DNA of 63,867 nt, the filler included, from Craspedostauros australis (taxonomy: Eukaryota): NCBI GenBank assembly GCA_030167865.1. It is 12 parts of 12 records of this genome, joined end to end, with 100 filler letters (N's around TTAATTAATTAA, not from the genome) between each part and the next. Parts side by side here need not be neighbours in the genome. Positions count along the whole stretch, not along the records: positions 47,742 to 60,851 come from JALAGF010002230.1; positions 60,952 to 62,645 come from JALAGF010002231.1; 10 more parts are not named here. The stretch is one strand, 5' to 3'. The notes under the pieces are model-generated. The model saw only the letters and a program-made list of their open reading frames with translations. It was not told the DNA's origin and ran no database searches. The number at the start of each line of letters is the position of its first letter. Within the stretch, counting starts at the first letter, position 1. Below are positions 51,355 through 62,745 of the stretch, piece after piece. The translations under genes and the position numbers were made by a program.

Positions 51355-52046
51355 GCAGAGTAATGATACTTCTGCCAACACACCATGATGTGCCAGATCT
51401 CATGCGTTGCCGATGAAAGGATGGCTCGGAGATCAGACCAAACGTCAGTACCACAATCACGAAACAGATCATCGGTGTTCGGTTTTTCTCATCAACCTCC
51501 CAACTCGAAATGTGGGCTTGGGCCATCTCTCTTCCCAAACGCTTCGCGCACGTATTTCTTGACTGGATCCGTGCACGTCTCCGCACACGCGGAAATATCA
51601 AGACCAAGTTTCATGAAGCTCAACAAATACTACGCTGCTGTTGGTTTGCCAATGCGAAAGTGTCGATGCTTAGAATAGTTTGCATTATCTATGTACGCAC
51701 GTCCGTTCGCATGGCTGACGTGCCTTGGGTTGATTGCTCACCCATCGGCGATTGCGGTACCGATCTATCGTGTGTGGTTGTTGGGATAGGGAATATTCAC
51801 AGTGATTGTCAATGCGCAAGGCAAGAGGGACAAGGATGCTGATCCGCCGCGCACCATCCCACTCATTGTTGGGGAGGACGGTGAGGACGAGGCACGACAC
51901 ACGATTGTGGTGCTCCGACACGGCGCTGCTTGCGTTGCGGTTGGTATAGTGGTAGTGACTGGTGGTGCGTCATGTATGGTGTGTGGTTGCTTTGTGGTTG
52001 GTGACAGTTTGTTGGGTTTCCGCTGCACTAGCATGATGAAACTCGT

Positions 52047-53781
52047 TTAGTCAACACGGGCGTAGAAGATACCCTTGGTGAGGATCTTCTTTGGGACCTT
52101 GGAACCCATGTCAGTGTCAGAAAGCTGGGTGGCGACGAAGACACCTCCGATCTCCTGCTCCTCGGCGTTGACCTTGTTGACCTCCATCTCGATACGTCCG
52201 CTGGTGACGTCGAAGACCTTGTTGTTCTCCTTGAAGAGCTCATCGTCTCCCTCCTCTCCGGACTGGAGACCTGGAAGCGCGACGGCCATGTCGTATCCGG
52301 TGGTTCCACCACGTCCCTTAGGGTCGAGGAAGAGTCCGGTACGGTAGGATGGAGTGTTGAAGTCTCCTCCCATCTGGAAGCCTGGGGTGAAGGCTGGGCC
52401 GGATCCCTTGGCGACGAGGTCCTTGACGGTGAAGAGGAATGGGACGCGCTCGCCTCCTGGAAGCTGCACGGTGGTGGCGGCGTAGTCGATACCCTCCTTC
52501 TCCTTGAAGACGATCTTTCCGGAGGAAGTATCGAGTGGGCCCTCAACACCATCGAGGGTGTATGTCTGGCGGGTCATGACCTTGGAGTTGACGAACTTCT
52601 TCTCGGTCTTTCCTCCCTTTCCGATCTCCTCCTCGACGGCCCAAGCCTTTGGCTCGATGCACATATCGACGAGCTTCTGGCCGCTCTTTGGCGTGATGCT
52701 GTCCTCGCCGACGACCTCTGGGCAGCGGTTGGCAAGGCCGGTTCCCTTGACCTGGAGGTAGGTGAGCTCGTTGAGCTCGGCCTTGGTGATGGCGTTGGCT
52801 GGCTGGCCCATCAGGGAGAAGGCGGCGACACCGGCAAGGGCGATCTTTCCGGCATTGGCGAAGTCCTGCTTGGAAAGCTGGAGGGCGGAGTCGCGCTGCG
52901 CTCATCCGAATACACAGTGGTGTGTGTGCGCGTGTGGATGCGTCCACCGATGGATGAGATTAGCGCCATCGCGGGATGCCATGGTGAACACGTTCCATCC
53001 AACACAGTAATGCGCAAAGCGGTGACATTTTGTTTGAAATGCCAGTGTTGTGGCAAGTGTTGTAACCCGAGATTGATGCATTGCGGAGCGCCATGGTCCA
53101 GTGCATCCAGCGACATCCGCAGCAATTGCATGCAATTGTATCAAGTTGAAGATAGAAGGGGAAAAGATTTGAGTGAGTATTTGTTGGCGATGATGAGGCA
53201 AGGTTGTCAATGCACTGGCAGCCCAATACAGGATGGATCGACGATGCTTCTGATCGCTCTTCCTCGCCGTGGTTGGCGATAAGCGGACCGCTGCGAGGAG
53301 AACGGATGCAAGTCTTTCATGTCGTGTATATCCATCCATCCGTTCGTCCATTTAGACATCCATCCAATCATCCATCACCAATCAACAGCCGAACCACCTG
53401 ATGGCAAGACGTGTGATGACGTCGCCCTGGCCATCACAGTCGTCCGCGCCATCATGGCATGCTGCCGCTGTTGAAGGTTGAACTCGGATGCTCCTGATGT
53501 CTCAATGGGCGTGCGGACTTCGACATGGTTAGGCTTCGGCTTCCGTTTGCGGCTGGCTTCGGATGCATCATTCCATCAATGCGTCGATCCATCAACACAG
53601 TATCCACCCTCTGCGTCTTCGCTTGTCACTGATCGAGGACGGGGGCGGTTGACGGCTTGGACGCAAGGGGGATGGATCGTGCTGGTTGTCGTAGCTGTAG
53701 ACTCACGCTGGAGGTGGTGGATGGGGCAAAGGCAGAAGCCGATGCGAGGAGGGCGAGGGAGCAGGCGGCAGTGAACTTCAT
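52047..53781 (-). CDS. psbO: Photosystem II oxygen-evolving enhancer protein 1 precursor (307 aa, 2 exons)
   Basis: Exon 1 (53781-53707) encodes MKFTAACSLALLASASAFAP. An 811-bp GTGAGT...CAG intron spans 53706-52896. Lumen signal ends PANA. Mature motifs are LTYLQVKGTGLANRCP, PGGERVPFLFTVK, PSYRTGLFLDPKGRG and SDTDMGSKVPK. Confidence 0.97.
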
Positions 53782-54093
53782 GATGGACAAAAGGTGTGAC
53801 TGTGTTGTTTTTGTGGTTGTGTGGCGATGGGCAGCGAAGGGAGTTCGAGCAGAGACACAAGGAGCGTCAGCGACGATGGGAGAAGAAAGGGACGGCGGTG
53901 CTGGTGCCAGCGAAAACAACGCGACCGACACAAACCAATCCACAACCGCAGCTCCGATACAACGAAGGAAACATCAACCCAAAAAAGGAGACACAACAGC
54001 AGGCAGCACAGATCCGCGGATCCGCAACAACACAGCGCGCAGTCGAAACCGGGTTGACACGGCTGCGCGACATCACCAAAAGAGTCCCATGAT

Positions 54094-54103
54094 TTGACGT
54101 CAA
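54094..54103. promoter_or_regulatory. Palindromic bZIP/aureochrome-type site TTGACGTCAA upstream of psbO
   Basis: Perfect 10-bp palindrome with TGACGT on both strands, ~310 bp 5' of the psbO ATG. Confidence 0.4.
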
Positions 54104-55412
54104 CCACGCATGTGGAAGTTCCACAACCAACTGGATATGCCATTCTTGAAGTCATATCTTGGTTGTGTCGTTCAGAAAGATATGAGATTCCCTCTTGTCG
54201 CTCTGCTGCAACTGGCAAATGGAATCCCAAATGACAGTTCGGACCAATCCGTTTTGGAGGCCTTTTCTTCCTGAACTTTTGGAGTGGCATTTAGTCCATT
54301 GAGTCGTAAGTTCTCTTTGGTCGATCAGGTCCAGAGGATTCGTTGTGACACCAACTGCCCAATCAGAATTTCGGCTTCTTGAAGTCACCAACCAGCTTGG
54401 TAGTTTTGTCTCATGAGATTAGAAGGGTGCAGAATATAGTAGTAGACATTCTCACTGTTCCACCATGCGCGCTCGTGCTCCAAAGTCCTGTAACACTATG
54501 GTTCTCTACGCACGCGCAGTCCATGAAGATTACAATTATTATATTTGTATGTCGTGATAGCAGAGCACTCGTATGATGTCCTCCAACGTTGAACATATCA
54601 TTAAACATATCTGTGTTGCGTCTGCTGGGGGGCGCAGGGACTGCGGAGCATGTATCTTTGGTACTCGACGCACCTGCCAGGCATGTACTGGTTCAGATTG
54701 TCTTGAACGGTAAGGAGAGAGAATGAGAGGACGCATCCAGAATGTCGAGAAAGTAGACGGAGCAAAACGTGGCAGAACAGCGCGGGAACATGCACAATAC
54801 ACTTCTGATGCCGTGGAAGAGATGCTACACTTTCGTTAGTGTTTGTGCTTTTTAATGGATTAGCGTGAAATTGAATTTCAATTCTGTGTATGGTGTTGGT
54901 AAGCGGATGTTTGGTCCGCGCAGTAGTCCTATCCATGCTCTGTAGATACTCCTGCTTAGATCCCCGAGTTGGAGATTGAGCAAGCCCCGTGGCTCTGTTG
55001 CTTGATTGGTTCCTTTGTTGTTTCAGTGCGGTTGCTTTGGTTGTCTGAGGTTTGCGTTGCCTGTTGTCTGTTGCGTCCAGGATTGTGTGGGATCGCGAAA
55101 GACTCTAGTTTTGGCACACTCGTGCGCAAGCCCAAGCAATCAGCTCGTCGGCCACAAAGGGAGAAGAAGAGAATGTGGCTCTCTGTCTCTCTAGGCTGCT
55201 CTTTGTATGCGTATTTGTTTGTTAGGATTGGCATTCGGAGGTGGAAATGTGAAGATCATCGCACTTGTGCGCCCATTGCCGCAATACATGTATCATATGT
55301 AACAACGCGCGCACAAGGTTGTGATGGACATCTTCCTCACTTCCTTCCTCCTCGCAATGCGCAATGAGAAGTGTGGTTGCTGTTGATGGTGCTGTTGCTG
55401 ATGTGCGCCTGT

Positions 55413-55931
55413 TTAGGTCCCGTAGCCAAGGCCAAAGCCCAAGGCGAGAGACAACAAGCAGGACGCGATGGCAGTGCCGTAACCAATCTGAACCTCGTCA
55501 TCATCCTCCATGTGGCCGTAGCCGTAGCTCTTCTCCATCAACATTTGATTGTTCTGCGGTGGACCACCTGACTGCTGTGGCATCGTCACCACGTAGTTTG
55601 GAGGCAACGCGAAGGCGAACGCGGCTGCTGCATCACCTTGGAACTCTGACTTCTCTTGCTGTTGTTGCTGTTGTGGTTGATGCTGCTGGCTGGGCTGTTG
55701 TTGCTGTTGCGGCTGCTGATGGGCGTGATAAGTTGGAGATTCATGCTGCTGCATCGTCTGTTGCTGTGCATGCGCCGCTTGCTCCTCTGGAACATGATGC
55801 TGCTGCTGTTGTTGCTGTTGCTTCGGTGTGCCTGCCGGAAAGACGGACCGTCTCTCCTTCTTCTTGAGCGAAAAGGCATCGGCACGCGAAACAAACACAA
55901 CCAGCACCGCCAAAATCGAGAACAGTCTCAT
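55413..55931 (-). CDS. Unknown 172-aa protein: signal peptide, Q/H-rich body, C-terminal TM helix
   Basis: MRLFSILAVLVVFVSRADA-FS (ASAFAP-like), poly-Q tracts and C-terminal IGYGTAIASCLLSLALGFGLGYGT. Confidence 0.7.
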   Translation of the reverse strand: MRLFSILAVLVVFVSRADAFSLKKKERRSVFPAGTPKQQQQQQQHHVPEEQAAHAQQQTMQQHESPTYHAHQQPQQQQQPSQQHQPQQQQQQEKSEFQGDAAAAFAFALPPNYVVTMPQQSGGPPQNNQMLMEKSYGYGHMEDDDEVQIGYGTAIASCLLSLALGFGLGYGT

Positions 55932-56935
55932 GGTGAAGTAGGTACGTGTCCAAGTACGTGCGAGTCCAAGAACGAGAATGCTAACTTCTGCACGTGTGTT
56001 GGCTCTCTCTCTCTCTCTCTCTTTGCTTTTCTTTCTGTTTCTGTTTCAGCTACTGCTCAAACAAGTGCTGTTGATGATGTTGCTGATGTTGCTGATGTTG
56101 TTGTCGCTCTCTCTCTCTCTCTTGTGAGCAAGTTGTGACAACAGAAGAGCACGAACGATGTTCTCTCTGCCACTCTCCTTCTCTGGAATGGCTCCGCTCT
56201 TTTGGCCTGGTTGTTATGTTCGTTGTTGTGATTGTGGTCGTGGTTGTGATGGTTGTTGCCGTCTGTCTGGTGTGTGGTTGTTGCTGTCTCTCGCAGCTGC
56301 TGACCTTGTTTTTGCTGCCTTCGTGTTTTTACCGCAGCGACGCCGGTTACGGTCAATCACGATCAGCGAGGGACCTCGTGTCGCACGGAAGCGCGTGTTG
56401 ACGCCATGTTTCCTCACACACAAGTGTGAGTGATTCTCGCGAACGTCGCCGAACCACGATCCAGTCTTGTATTATCGTGAATAAACCATCATCGCGCTTT
56501 CAGTCTGCACGATTCACAAGCTGTGGGACACATCAAAGCGATCTGATTGGCTGATACGGTGATGGATGTGATGAATCTCCTTTCCCGATTTGCGAAACGC
56601 CACAACGTGAAAACTGTCACAAATCTCCGCTCTCGGTCTGCAAATAGTGAAACCGCAGAGGCGTGTTCTTGGCCCACACTACACTATGGTGGTACGACCC
56701 ACTCACGCGGGCACGAGCTGCTTCACAGACTCTGCCGCAAATCGAGTAGAGCACGATCTATTGGACACTGCTTTACAACTGCTCTATCCGGACGCTACAT
56801 CATTTGCGATCACTCCGAAACTACTGCGCAACTATTCTGCCCTGCACTGGTCACGTCATCGCGATGAGATCCAGCCACAGTTGCTCCTCCTTCCGAGCGC
56901 GTCCTTCCGACCATGACTTGACGGGTGCACTTGCA

Positions 56936-59900
56936 TCAACGTTGCACGCAGAGAGGATCCGATGGGTACAAGTCGCAGAATCGGACGCCTGGGCATGGAT
57001 CTCTGTCGACGCTCAAGAAGATCCTCCCGTCCAAAATTCGCTCTTTGTCGATTCGAAAGTTGTAGTCCAGTCGGCACTGGATGTCGTCCATGCACCGGCA
57101 GTTAGGCCCTGACGATAGCTGCCCATCGTCGATGTAATCCACACCTTCATGGCCCTCGCAGAATCTGAGGCACTCAATTTCATTCTCGGCGACTGTAGAG
57201 CCGCTCTGCGTCATGTTCTGTCCGTACAGAGAGTAAAAGTCTCGCGACCACCGCCTGCCCGTGAAGCAAAGGTAGTCGTCAGGCCAGATGTCGCAGAAGC
57301 CCTCTTGTGGGCATTCCGGAAGGCTTGTCTTGGAGAACATCTCCCATGCTGGGACGGTACTAATGCTGATTCCGGCCCCCCACCGCACCTTGCACTGCAC
57401 GTTGTCGTAGCATGTGCAGTCAGGGCCAGGCACCTGGTCAAAATGGTCGAACGAGACTGCATCGTGCTCCGCGCATTTCTGCATACACTCCGTGAGGCCA
57501 GTGGCGTTCACAGATTTGGCCACCTGCATGTTGTCTCCGTAGATAGTATGTCGCGATTGACGTACGACGTTATTCGTGAAACATAGATAGTCATCTGGGT
57601 TGACATCGCAGTAATCCCCGCCAAGACACTCGTTCACAGGATCCTTCATGAACAGCTGCGCATCGTCGAATTCCTCCGTGTTCACGTTAGGGCCCCACCT
57701 TCGGAGACAGTCCACGTTGTCGTAGCACACGCAGTTGTCCTTCGATTCTGTCGGCGGCGCTGTGTACATGACGGCGAAAGAATCGGAACAGTGCCTCAGG
57801 CAATCTCCCAGGTCGCCCAACTCCGTGGACTTGGTGATCTGCAGATTATCGCCGGTGAAGGCTTGCTCCTTGTACTGCGCCGTATTGCCGGTGAAGCAGT
57901 ACGGACTGGTCGGGAAGGTATGACAATGGTCGGTTGGGCATGTATCGATGCTGGACTTTGCCAGCAGCCGTCCTTTGGGCTTGAAGTCCGCACCCACGCG
58001 ATCGCTACCCCATGGGAGCATGCAATCGATCGATCCGGAGTCGAAGCACAAGCAGGACGGCTCATCCTTGATACTGTCCGGGTCCTCTAGTGGCTCAGTG
58101 AACTCGACAGCGAATGAGTCGATGCAGAACTCAAGACAGTCTTCGAGGCGATTCGTATCCTTACTTTTGACGGCTGTCGCATTCATGGGATCGAGAAGGA
58201 AGGTGCCTTCAGTTAGATCCCTCTGGTATCCTGTGAAGCACAGAGGATCCAGCGGGTGCCTGTCGCAGTAGGTGAAATCGCAGATCTTGGCCTGGTCTTT
58301 GCGCTTGATGAACCCTTTGCCTGGAGCGATTTCGGCGCCGCTGACCTGCGGGGCCCATGGCAGGAAGCACTCCATGCCAGCGTAGCAGAAGCAGTTGTCC
58401 CCGCCTCCTATTTCCGACAGATATTTAACGGCGTCGACGTCGTCTCCTGCACAGTATCTCAAGCAATCGGTTTCATCAGATGCCCTGCGTTGCTTGATGA
58501 GTTTCAGCGTGTCGCCATGGATCGCCTCCTCGTTGTTGAGCTTCGCCTGGTTGGTGTAGCACAGATAATGACTTGGCTCTATCTCGCACAGCGTCTGACT
58601 GCACGTTTCGATATCGAGCTGGCTGTAGGTGAGACTCGCAGTCGAGAAATCTTGCGCAACATTATCATCGAATGGAGCCAGGCACTGGGCTGTGAGAAAG
58701 CAGGAGCATTCCCCACCCATGCCACTGGAAGGGATGAAACTGGAGGCGACGTGGCCTAAATCGGAGCAGAGCTCCCAGCATCCTTCATGTCCGGCCTCGT
58801 TCGAGAGTAGAGTTGACGTGCCAACCAAGATGGACTGGCTCGAGTCGTACTGAAAGGGAGCAAGGATGGTGGGGATCATGCTCGGCGTTGCGGTGCTTGG
58901 CTCGGGCGTTGGTGGCTGCGATGGAAAGGAAGAAGGGGATGAGGTTACGATCCCTGGTGTCGGAGCGCTGGTGATAGCAACAACTGCGCCCTCGTTCGAA
59001 CTGGTTGAGCCATCGTCATTCGTGAGAACGACTCCGACGATGACGCCGACAGTGATCAGAATGATCATGAGGAAGATCCCGCAAAGGACAAACCAGACAG
59101 ACCGTGTGCCCAGCGATGATCGGTACTGGGCGCCGTCTTTCGGTGTGCCCGTGTCGTCGATGTGACGGTCGGAACTCTGAAGGTGGGTGGATGGTCTGGT
59201 CCTTTCCTCGATGATAGTCGCATGCACCCTCGGCTGCCCGCGTAGTTCCGCCAGCTCATCCTGCAACGCTTCGATGTCGCGCTGGTGAGCTCCGGTGCTC
59301 GTTTCCTCCACGACGACGGCCTGGATCAGGTGGTCGGCACGGCTGGAGTTGTCGAGGTCCAAGCTTTGGTTGTCCATTCCCCTCGTTGATATGCTCGGGA
59401 TGACGGCATTCTGAGAATCTGAAATGCTTCTTTCGCTGCTCTGGTCATCGGATGGGTAATCAGGATCATCTAGCCCCGCCACGGCAATCGCGCCGATTGG
59501 TGGGCGAGATGATGCGTCTGAAGACCTTCTGGAAAACGATATCTGCACCTGTTGCTCGTTTTCAGCCGCATCCGTGGGTTCTTCTCCATCGGAGGATGGA
59601 CGGCTCGCCCACGATGCCACTTTGCTCTGATGGTGAGGGCGGCGATGATGTCGTTGGCTGTGGGTCGGAATTTTCTCATCCTGCTGCTTCTTGGCGAACG
59701 ATAGAGATGGACCGGCCGTTGACGTGGCGAGGTAGATTCCTGCACGGGACGGCCTCGGCTGTCTCCTCGCATCTGCGTTCATCGTCGTCTCGGGCTCTTC
59801 ACCTTCCCTGCGTTCAGTCTGAGATTGCACTCTCACACGCTGGTACTGTTGCAAGGAGGTTTGCCTTTGTACAGGTGCTCTGGTGCTTGGATTCTCGACA

Positions 59901-60217
59901 GATCCAAAGGATTGCGACGTTTCGCCTCGCGAAGAACGTTTGACCGCAACGATGTCATCGATCACCTGCGTCTCTGTTGGTGTCTCGGTGTCGATGTCCG
60001 TTTCGGCATCGTCGCCGTCTTCTTGACAAGAGGCATCATGAACATCATGGGGAGAAGCGGAATCGGCCATCGTGTTGGAATCTGGAGTCATGAGATCCGA
60101 GGTGCTGCCAGCATCGCCGCCTCTTCCCTCATCGTTACTGTTTGTCTCGCAGTCACCTTCGCTTTCGTCGTCGTTCGTCACCAGCTGGAGTACCTGTTCG
60201 GAGGATAGCCCATCCAT
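56936..60217 (-). CDS. Type II membrane protein with six tandem ~105-aa 8-Cys extracellular repeats (~1093 aa)
   Basis: Disordered N-terminus, TM SVWFVLCGIFLMIILITVGVIVGVVLT, P/T/S stalk (TSAPT, PSSFPSQPPT), then repeats ending CxxxPxxxxC(F/Y)T. Start at MDGLSS is inferred. Confidence 0.85.
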   Translation of the reverse strand: MDGLSSEQVLQLVTNDDESEGDCETNSNDEGRGGDAGSTSDLMTPDSNTMADSASPHDVHDASCQEDGDDAETDIDTETPTETQVIDDIVAVKRSSRGETSQSFGSVENPSTRAPVQRQTSLQQYQRVRVQSQTERREGEEPETTMNADARRQPRPSRAGIYLATSTAGPSLSFAKKQQDEKIPTHSQRHHRRPHHQSKVASWASRPSSDGEEPTDAAENEQQVQISFSRRSSDASSRPPIGAIAVAGLDDPDYPSDDQSSERSISDSQNAVIPSISTRGMDNQSLDLDNSSRADHLIQAVVVEETSTGAHQRDIEALQDELAELRGQPRVHATIIEERTRPSTHLQSSDRHIDDTGTPKDGAQYRSSLGTRSVWFVLCGIFLMIILITVGVIVGVVLTNDDGSTSSNEGAVVAITSAPTPGIVTSSPSSFPSQPPTPEPSTATPSMIPTILAPFQYDSSQSILVGTSTLLSNEAGHEGCWELCSDLGHVASSFIPSSGMGGECSCFLTAQCLAPFDDNVAQDFSTASLTYSQLDIETCSQTLCEIEPSHYLCYTNQAKLNNEEAIHGDTLKLIKQRRASDETDCLRYCAGDDVDAVKYLSEIGGGDNCFCYAGMECFLPWAPQVSGAEIAPGKGFIKRKDQAKICDFTYCDRHPLDPLCFTGYQRDLTEGTFLLDPMNATAVKSKDTNRLEDCLEFCIDSFAVEFTEPLEDPDSIKDEPSCLCFDSGSIDCMLPWGSDRVGADFKPKGRLLAKSSIDTCPTDHCHTFPTSPYCFTGNTAQYKEQAFTGDNLQITKSTELGDLGDCLRHCSDSFAVMYTAPPTESKDNCVCYDNVDCLRRWGPNVNTEEFDDAQLFMKDPVNECLGGDYCDVNPDDYLCFTNNVVRQSRHTIYGDNMQVAKSVNATGLTECMQKCAEHDAVSFDHFDQVPGPDCTCYDNVQCKVRWGAGISISTVPAWEMFSKTSLPECPQEGFCDIWPDDYLCFTGRRWSRDFYSLYGQNMTQSGSTVAENEIECLRFCEGHEGVDYIDDGQLSSGPNCRCMDDIQCRLDYNFRIDKERILDGRIFLSVDRDPCPGVRFCDLYPSDPLCVQR

Positions 60218-60851
60218 GGTTGGAGAGGACTTCGTCGAAGATTGTGATGTGGCTGCGCTGCCTGTTTGTGATGTGGTTGGGAGATGGAAGGCGAGCAGAG
60301 CGTAGATAGTAGTACAGGCAATGCGATCATGTCGCGCTGCAAAGATTGGAGACCGTCGGCACGATGCTCGTCCCAACGCTCTGTGGAGATGTGCTGCGGC
60401 CTTTGGTGCTCGCTCTCTTGCACTGCCCTCTTCCCTCACGAGCGCATCTGCCTTTCCTTCGCCCGCTTTGTCTCTCCAGAATGTTTTTTTCTGGGAGTCA
60501 TCGTAAAAGTTACAAAAAACTATAATTTGCTTTTTTGCTGACATCACGGGTCCCATAACAAGAGCACAGAAGAGCTGAGAACACAACGACCACTTCGACT
60601 AAATCAAAACGAATACAATTGACCCACTCGGCCAAACTACAACACAATCCGCCTCAACACCAACAATCTGCTCGAACATCAAGAACAAGTGAGATGGCTA
60701 CTTTGAATATTCCTCCTCAGAAGGTTCTAATTTGGCTATATTTCTTCGATTCAACAATGTTGGCGCACCGGTGTGGTGTGTTCCGTCCCCTACATCAAGT
60801 CGTGATCAACGACCAGTTGCCACACATCCCATCACATCACATCCCACCAAT

Positions 60852-60951
60852 NNNNNNNNNNNNNNNNNNNNNNNNNNNNNNNNNNNNNNNNNNNNTTAAT
60901 TAATTAANNNNNNNNNNNNNNNNNNNNNNNNNNNNNNNNNNNNNNNNNNNN
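60852..60951. other. Artificial contig linker
   Basis: N44-TTAATTAATTAA-N44. Confidence 0.97.
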
Positions 60952-61187
60952 GTTCCAGTCTCCCTTTTACATCCATCGTTCGCCATGCCAGTTCGTCAAT
61001 CCACTCAAACCATGTCTCACGATTAGTCTGTCCGTTGTCCGTCATACTCTTGACACACAGAGGAGGAGGTCCACAATGGACTTGGGAGCGTGTCCGACTT
61101 TGATAGATCGGTCAGTCTATTTTTGGTATTCTGGGAGGTGCGGCAATCTAGGATAATACGACATAGTCGCACCCTCGATTCCTGACA

Positions 61188-62210
61188 CATTTGTACTTGC
61201 AGCATCTGCGGCCGCGTGGGATGGCGTCTCGTTTGATCTTGCTGTACACTTTGCGTGTGTCCATGGAGTCGAACTCCTTCTTGATGGCTGCTCGATATCC
61301 CTTTCGATGAATGGGATCTGGGTGATTGAAGGCTCCGTCGAACGTTGTAGGTTCGATGTGCTTCTCTGGCTCCTTGTTCTCGTCCTGCATCGATAATCCG
61401 ATATCGATCGCTGGTACTTCGGTGATGATTGCGTTCATCCCGCATAGTCCTGTTGTGCTATGGTGAGTGATCTCGATCTTTGCTCCTTCGTCTTCGATCT
61501 CTTCGTCATCTGTAGTTTCGTTGTTGGATTCGTCAGTTATTTCATCACTGAGTTCATCACTGTCTTCATTGGATGACGATTTGCTCTCATAGCCTTCTTC
61601 CTTTCGACCTCGTTCATTGAAGTCTGCGAGCTCACGTAAAGCTCTGGGAATACTCTTCCCTGTAGTCGGCTTGGGATTAACTTCTCCCTTCCTGCCTCGT
61701 GCTTCGTGACGTCGGATTCTCTCCTTTCTAGCCATGTCACGCTTGCTTGGTGGAGGTCTCGATGGTGTGTCATGTGTAGACCTCGCTGGTGTGTTCGGAG
61801 GAGTAACGTCTGTATCATCGACGGCTTCGTCGCCGGATGGTATGATCTCGTCATCCTCATGATTAGATTCGCTCCGATCTTCCTCGTCGTTGTGGATTAG
61901 TTGAGTTACTACTCCATTGTCCTCATCATCCTCATCATCCTCATCATCGCTGTCTGATAAGATGTGATACTTGTTCGTGTCAGCAAAAGATACTCTCTTC
62001 GCTTCTGATGTTCGACGCACTGCCGTCCTTGGCATTGCTCCCTTCTGTCCAATGGTTGTGAAGCCGTCTGCGTCCGTTGTTCCTACTTTGCTGGATATGT
62101 TCGGTGCTGATGCTCAGCCACGGAACTGTCCGTATGATTGGTTGAGCCATTTGATGTCGCGAGAACAGACCAGTGATTTGGTTGATGATCTGTACATGTT
62201 GTAGACATAT
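61188..62210 (-). mobile_element. Copia pol fragment (post-integrase linker to RT start), inactivated and interrupted
   Basis: VYNMY...SRDIKWLNQSYG, then an in-frame TGA at 62116-62114, an acidic linker and EPTTFDGAFNHPD...AAIKKEFDSM..RKVY...RRCCKYK. RT similarity ends abruptly there. Confidence 0.85.
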
Positions 62211-62292
62211 AATCGGAATTCCGACAAACCAAACCAAAGAAAAATAAAAACTAATTAATCCCCTAACACAACACAAACAACAGCAAAGCAAA

Positions 62293-62645
62293 ATGACTTC
62301 GAACAACCAACCCAACACGAGCCACCGCGAAGAGACCGAACCCGAGGAAGTACCAACTTTGGAGCCTCCGACCAAGGAGCCCGACAAACCCCCAGCCAAA
62401 GGAAGTATAGATGCAAGCAACCAGCACCGAGCTCGACGGCAAGCAAAAAGAGCGATCCCATACGACGGCGGAATGGAGGAGAACGACCCCGACGATGTGT
62501 CCATCACATACAGACCTNGATCCAACACGTTCAAGACAGCAGCCAACAAGACAGGCGTCGAAGTAGTACCATTCGAGAAAGCCACCGGCGACGGATCCAT
62601 CGACAGAGCTGCGAAGGCAGCATGGAGGGCGCGAGCGATATGGTA
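62293..62645 (+). CDS. 5' fragment of an unknown ORF (possibly the start of another mobile element)
   Basis: ATG after an A/C-rich leader, open to the contig end. No motif recognised. Confidence 0.3.
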
Positions 62646-62745
62646 NNNNNNNNNNNNNNNNNNNNNNNNNNNNNNNNNNNNNNNNNNNNTTAATTAATTA
62701 ANNNNNNNNNNNNNNNNNNNNNNNNNNNNNNNNNNNNNNNNNNNN
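62646..62745. other. Artificial contig linker
   Basis: N44-TTAATTAATTAA-N44. Confidence 0.97.

Noticed and set aside
18911..62210. Joining the five Copia fragments into one element or a TE island
   Set aside because: They lie on separate contigs joined artificially and include two dissimilar RNase H ends, so several families are present.
16460..62745. Recurrent TTAATTAATTAA as a biological repeat or array
   Set aside because: It is always centred in exactly 100 bp with 44 Ns on each side. This is a synthetic six-frame-stop contig linker.
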